Below the pieces are notes generated by a model. It did no database searches, was not told the DNA's origin, and saw only the letters and a list, made by a program, of their open reading frames with translations. Made by a program: the position numbers and the translations under genes. From the IMG/VR virus record IMGVR_UViG_2648501392_000011: a stretch of 5,373 bases of DNA. The stretch is one strand, 5' to 3'. Shown piece by piece: positions 4,253-5,373 of the stretch (positions are counted from its first letter, which is position 1; every line of letters starts with the position of its first letter). Source of the DNA: a virus (lineage: Duplodnaviria; Heunggongvirae; Uroviricota; Caudoviricetes).

Positions 4253-5373
4253 ATGGCGACGTTACGTGAACTGATTATCAAAATTTCGGCAAATTCACAG
4301 TCATTCCAGTCGGAGATCCAGCGGGCGTCCCGTATGGGCAGTGAATATTACCGGACCCTGCAGAATGGCGGACGTCAGGCTGCTGCGGCAGCCAGGGAGC
4401 AGCGCCGGGCTCTGGCTGAGCTGCACAGCCAGTTGACGGAAATCCGCGCTTCGGCTGTCGGAATGACCGGTGCGTTTGCCGGTGCCTTTGCCACCGGACA
4501 CCTGATTTCGCTGGCGGATGAATGGAGCTCCGTGAATGCCCGTCTGAAACAGGCGTCGCAGTCATCGGATGAATTTGCGTCATCACAGAAAGTGCTGATG
4601 GATATCAGCCAGCGGACAGGCACCGCATTTTCGGATAATGCGGCCCTGTTTGCCCGTTCGGCTGCCTCGATGCGTGAATATGGTTACAGTGCTGATGATG
4701 TGCTGAAGGTGACGGAGGCCATTTCGACAGGGCTGAAAATCTCCGGTGCCAGTACGGCAGAGGCGGGCTCGGTGATCACCCAGTTCAGTCAGGCGCTGGC
4801 GCAGGGTGTATTGCGTGGTGAGGAGTTTAATTCGGTCAATGAAAGTGGTGACCGGATCGTACGTGCACTGGCTGCGGGTATGGGCGTGGCCCGTAAAGAT
4901 CTGAAGGCAATGGCGGATGACGGAAAACTGACAGCGGATAAAGTGGTCCCCGCGTTAATCAGCCAGCTGGGGATATTACGTGATGAATATGCGGCCATGC
5001 CGGAAACGGTTTCCAGTAGTATCACAAAGGTGGAAAACGCCTTTATGGCCTGGGTGGGCGGTGCGAATGAGGCCAGCGGGGTGACAAAAACGCTCTCCGG
5101 CATGCTGAACGGTGTTGCCGGACAGATTGATAATGTGGCAACAGCCGTGGGCGCGCTGGTTGCCGTCGGGGTTGCCCGGTACTTTGGCAATATGGCCTCC
5201 GGAGCGGTGTCTGCCACGGCAGGACTTGTGACGGCAGCACGTAATGAAGTGGCACTGGCGGAAGCACAGTTCAGGGGAACGCAGATTGCCACGGCGCGGG
5301 CAAGGGCAGCCGTGTACCGTGCTCAGCAGGCCGTGGCGGCAGCCCGCGGGACGGAGATGCAGATTGCTGCAGA
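4253..5373 (+). CDS. Tail tape measure protein, N-terminal part (3'-partial, runs off the window)
   Basis: ATG at 4253 immediately after an in-frame TGA (4250-4252), with SD ggaga at 4241-4245. I read the frame codon by codon to 5373 and found no stop (373 codons). The translation MATLRELIIKISANSQSFQSEIQRASRMGSEYYRTLQNGGRQAAAAAREQRRALAELHSQL... is Ala/Gln-rich and helical, typical of the lambda gpH-like tape measure N-terminus. Not in the supplied ORF track because it has no stop in the window. Confidence 0.85.
   Translation, partial: MATLRELIIKISANSQSFQSEIQRASRMGSEYYRTLQNGGRQAAAAAREQRRALAELHSQLTEIRASAVGMTGAFAGAFATGHLISLADEWSSVNARLKQASQSSDEFASSQKVLMDISQRTGTAFSDNAALFARSAASMREYGYSADDVLKVTEAISTGLKISGASTAEAGSVITQFSQALAQGVLRGEEFNSVNESGDRIVRALAAGMGVARKDLKAMADDGKLTADKVVPALISQLGILRDEYAAMPETVSSSITKVENAFMAWVGGANEASGVTKTLSGMLNGVAGQIDNVATAVGALVAVGVARYFGNMASGAVSATAGLVTAARNEVALAEAQFRGTQIATARARAAVYRAQQAVAAARGTEMQIAA

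Noticed and set aside
4278-5292. Five minus-strand ORFs (102, 66, 82, 167 and 74 aa) over the tape measure region
   Set aside because: All lie antisense to the continuous + strand tape measure frame. Low-complexity Ala/Pro/Ser/Arg composition and mutual overlap in different frames.
1-5373. Search for CRISPR repeats, tRNA/rRNA genes, toxin-antitoxin or other defence cassettes
   Set aside because: No direct-repeat arrays, no tRNA-like structures, and every substantial ORF is accounted for by phage structural genes or the IS200 transposase. I found no support for a novel defence system in this window.

Overview
This window is a co-directional (+ strand) block of late structural genes from a lambdoid/HK97-like siphovirus, most likely a prophage in an enterobacterial genome, interrupted by an IS200-type insertion sequence. 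In order: an unassigned head-region ORF, a gp6-like head-tail connector, a head-tail adaptor/head-closure protein, an HK97 gp10-family neck protein, a DUF3168-like tail terminator, a major tail tube protein with a C-terminal Ig-like domain, tail assembly chaperone G with its -1 frameshift extension T (slippery A AAA AAG at 3175-3181), and the first 373 codons of the tape measure protein running off the 3' edge. Between the chaperone genes and the tape measure gene sits a complete IS200/IS605-family element (about 0.7 kb, one 152-aa HUH transposase, left-end hairpin, RBS-occluding stem-loop, right-end hairpin). The tape measure ORF is missing from the supplied ORF track only because it has no stop codon inside the window. 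I saw no tRNA, rRNA, CRISPR array or recognisable defence system. All family assignments are from reading the translations, not from database searches. The points most worth a second look are the IS200 insertion inside the tail operon, the G/G-T frameshift site, hairpin/T-run elements in two intercistronic gaps, and the unassigned first ORF.
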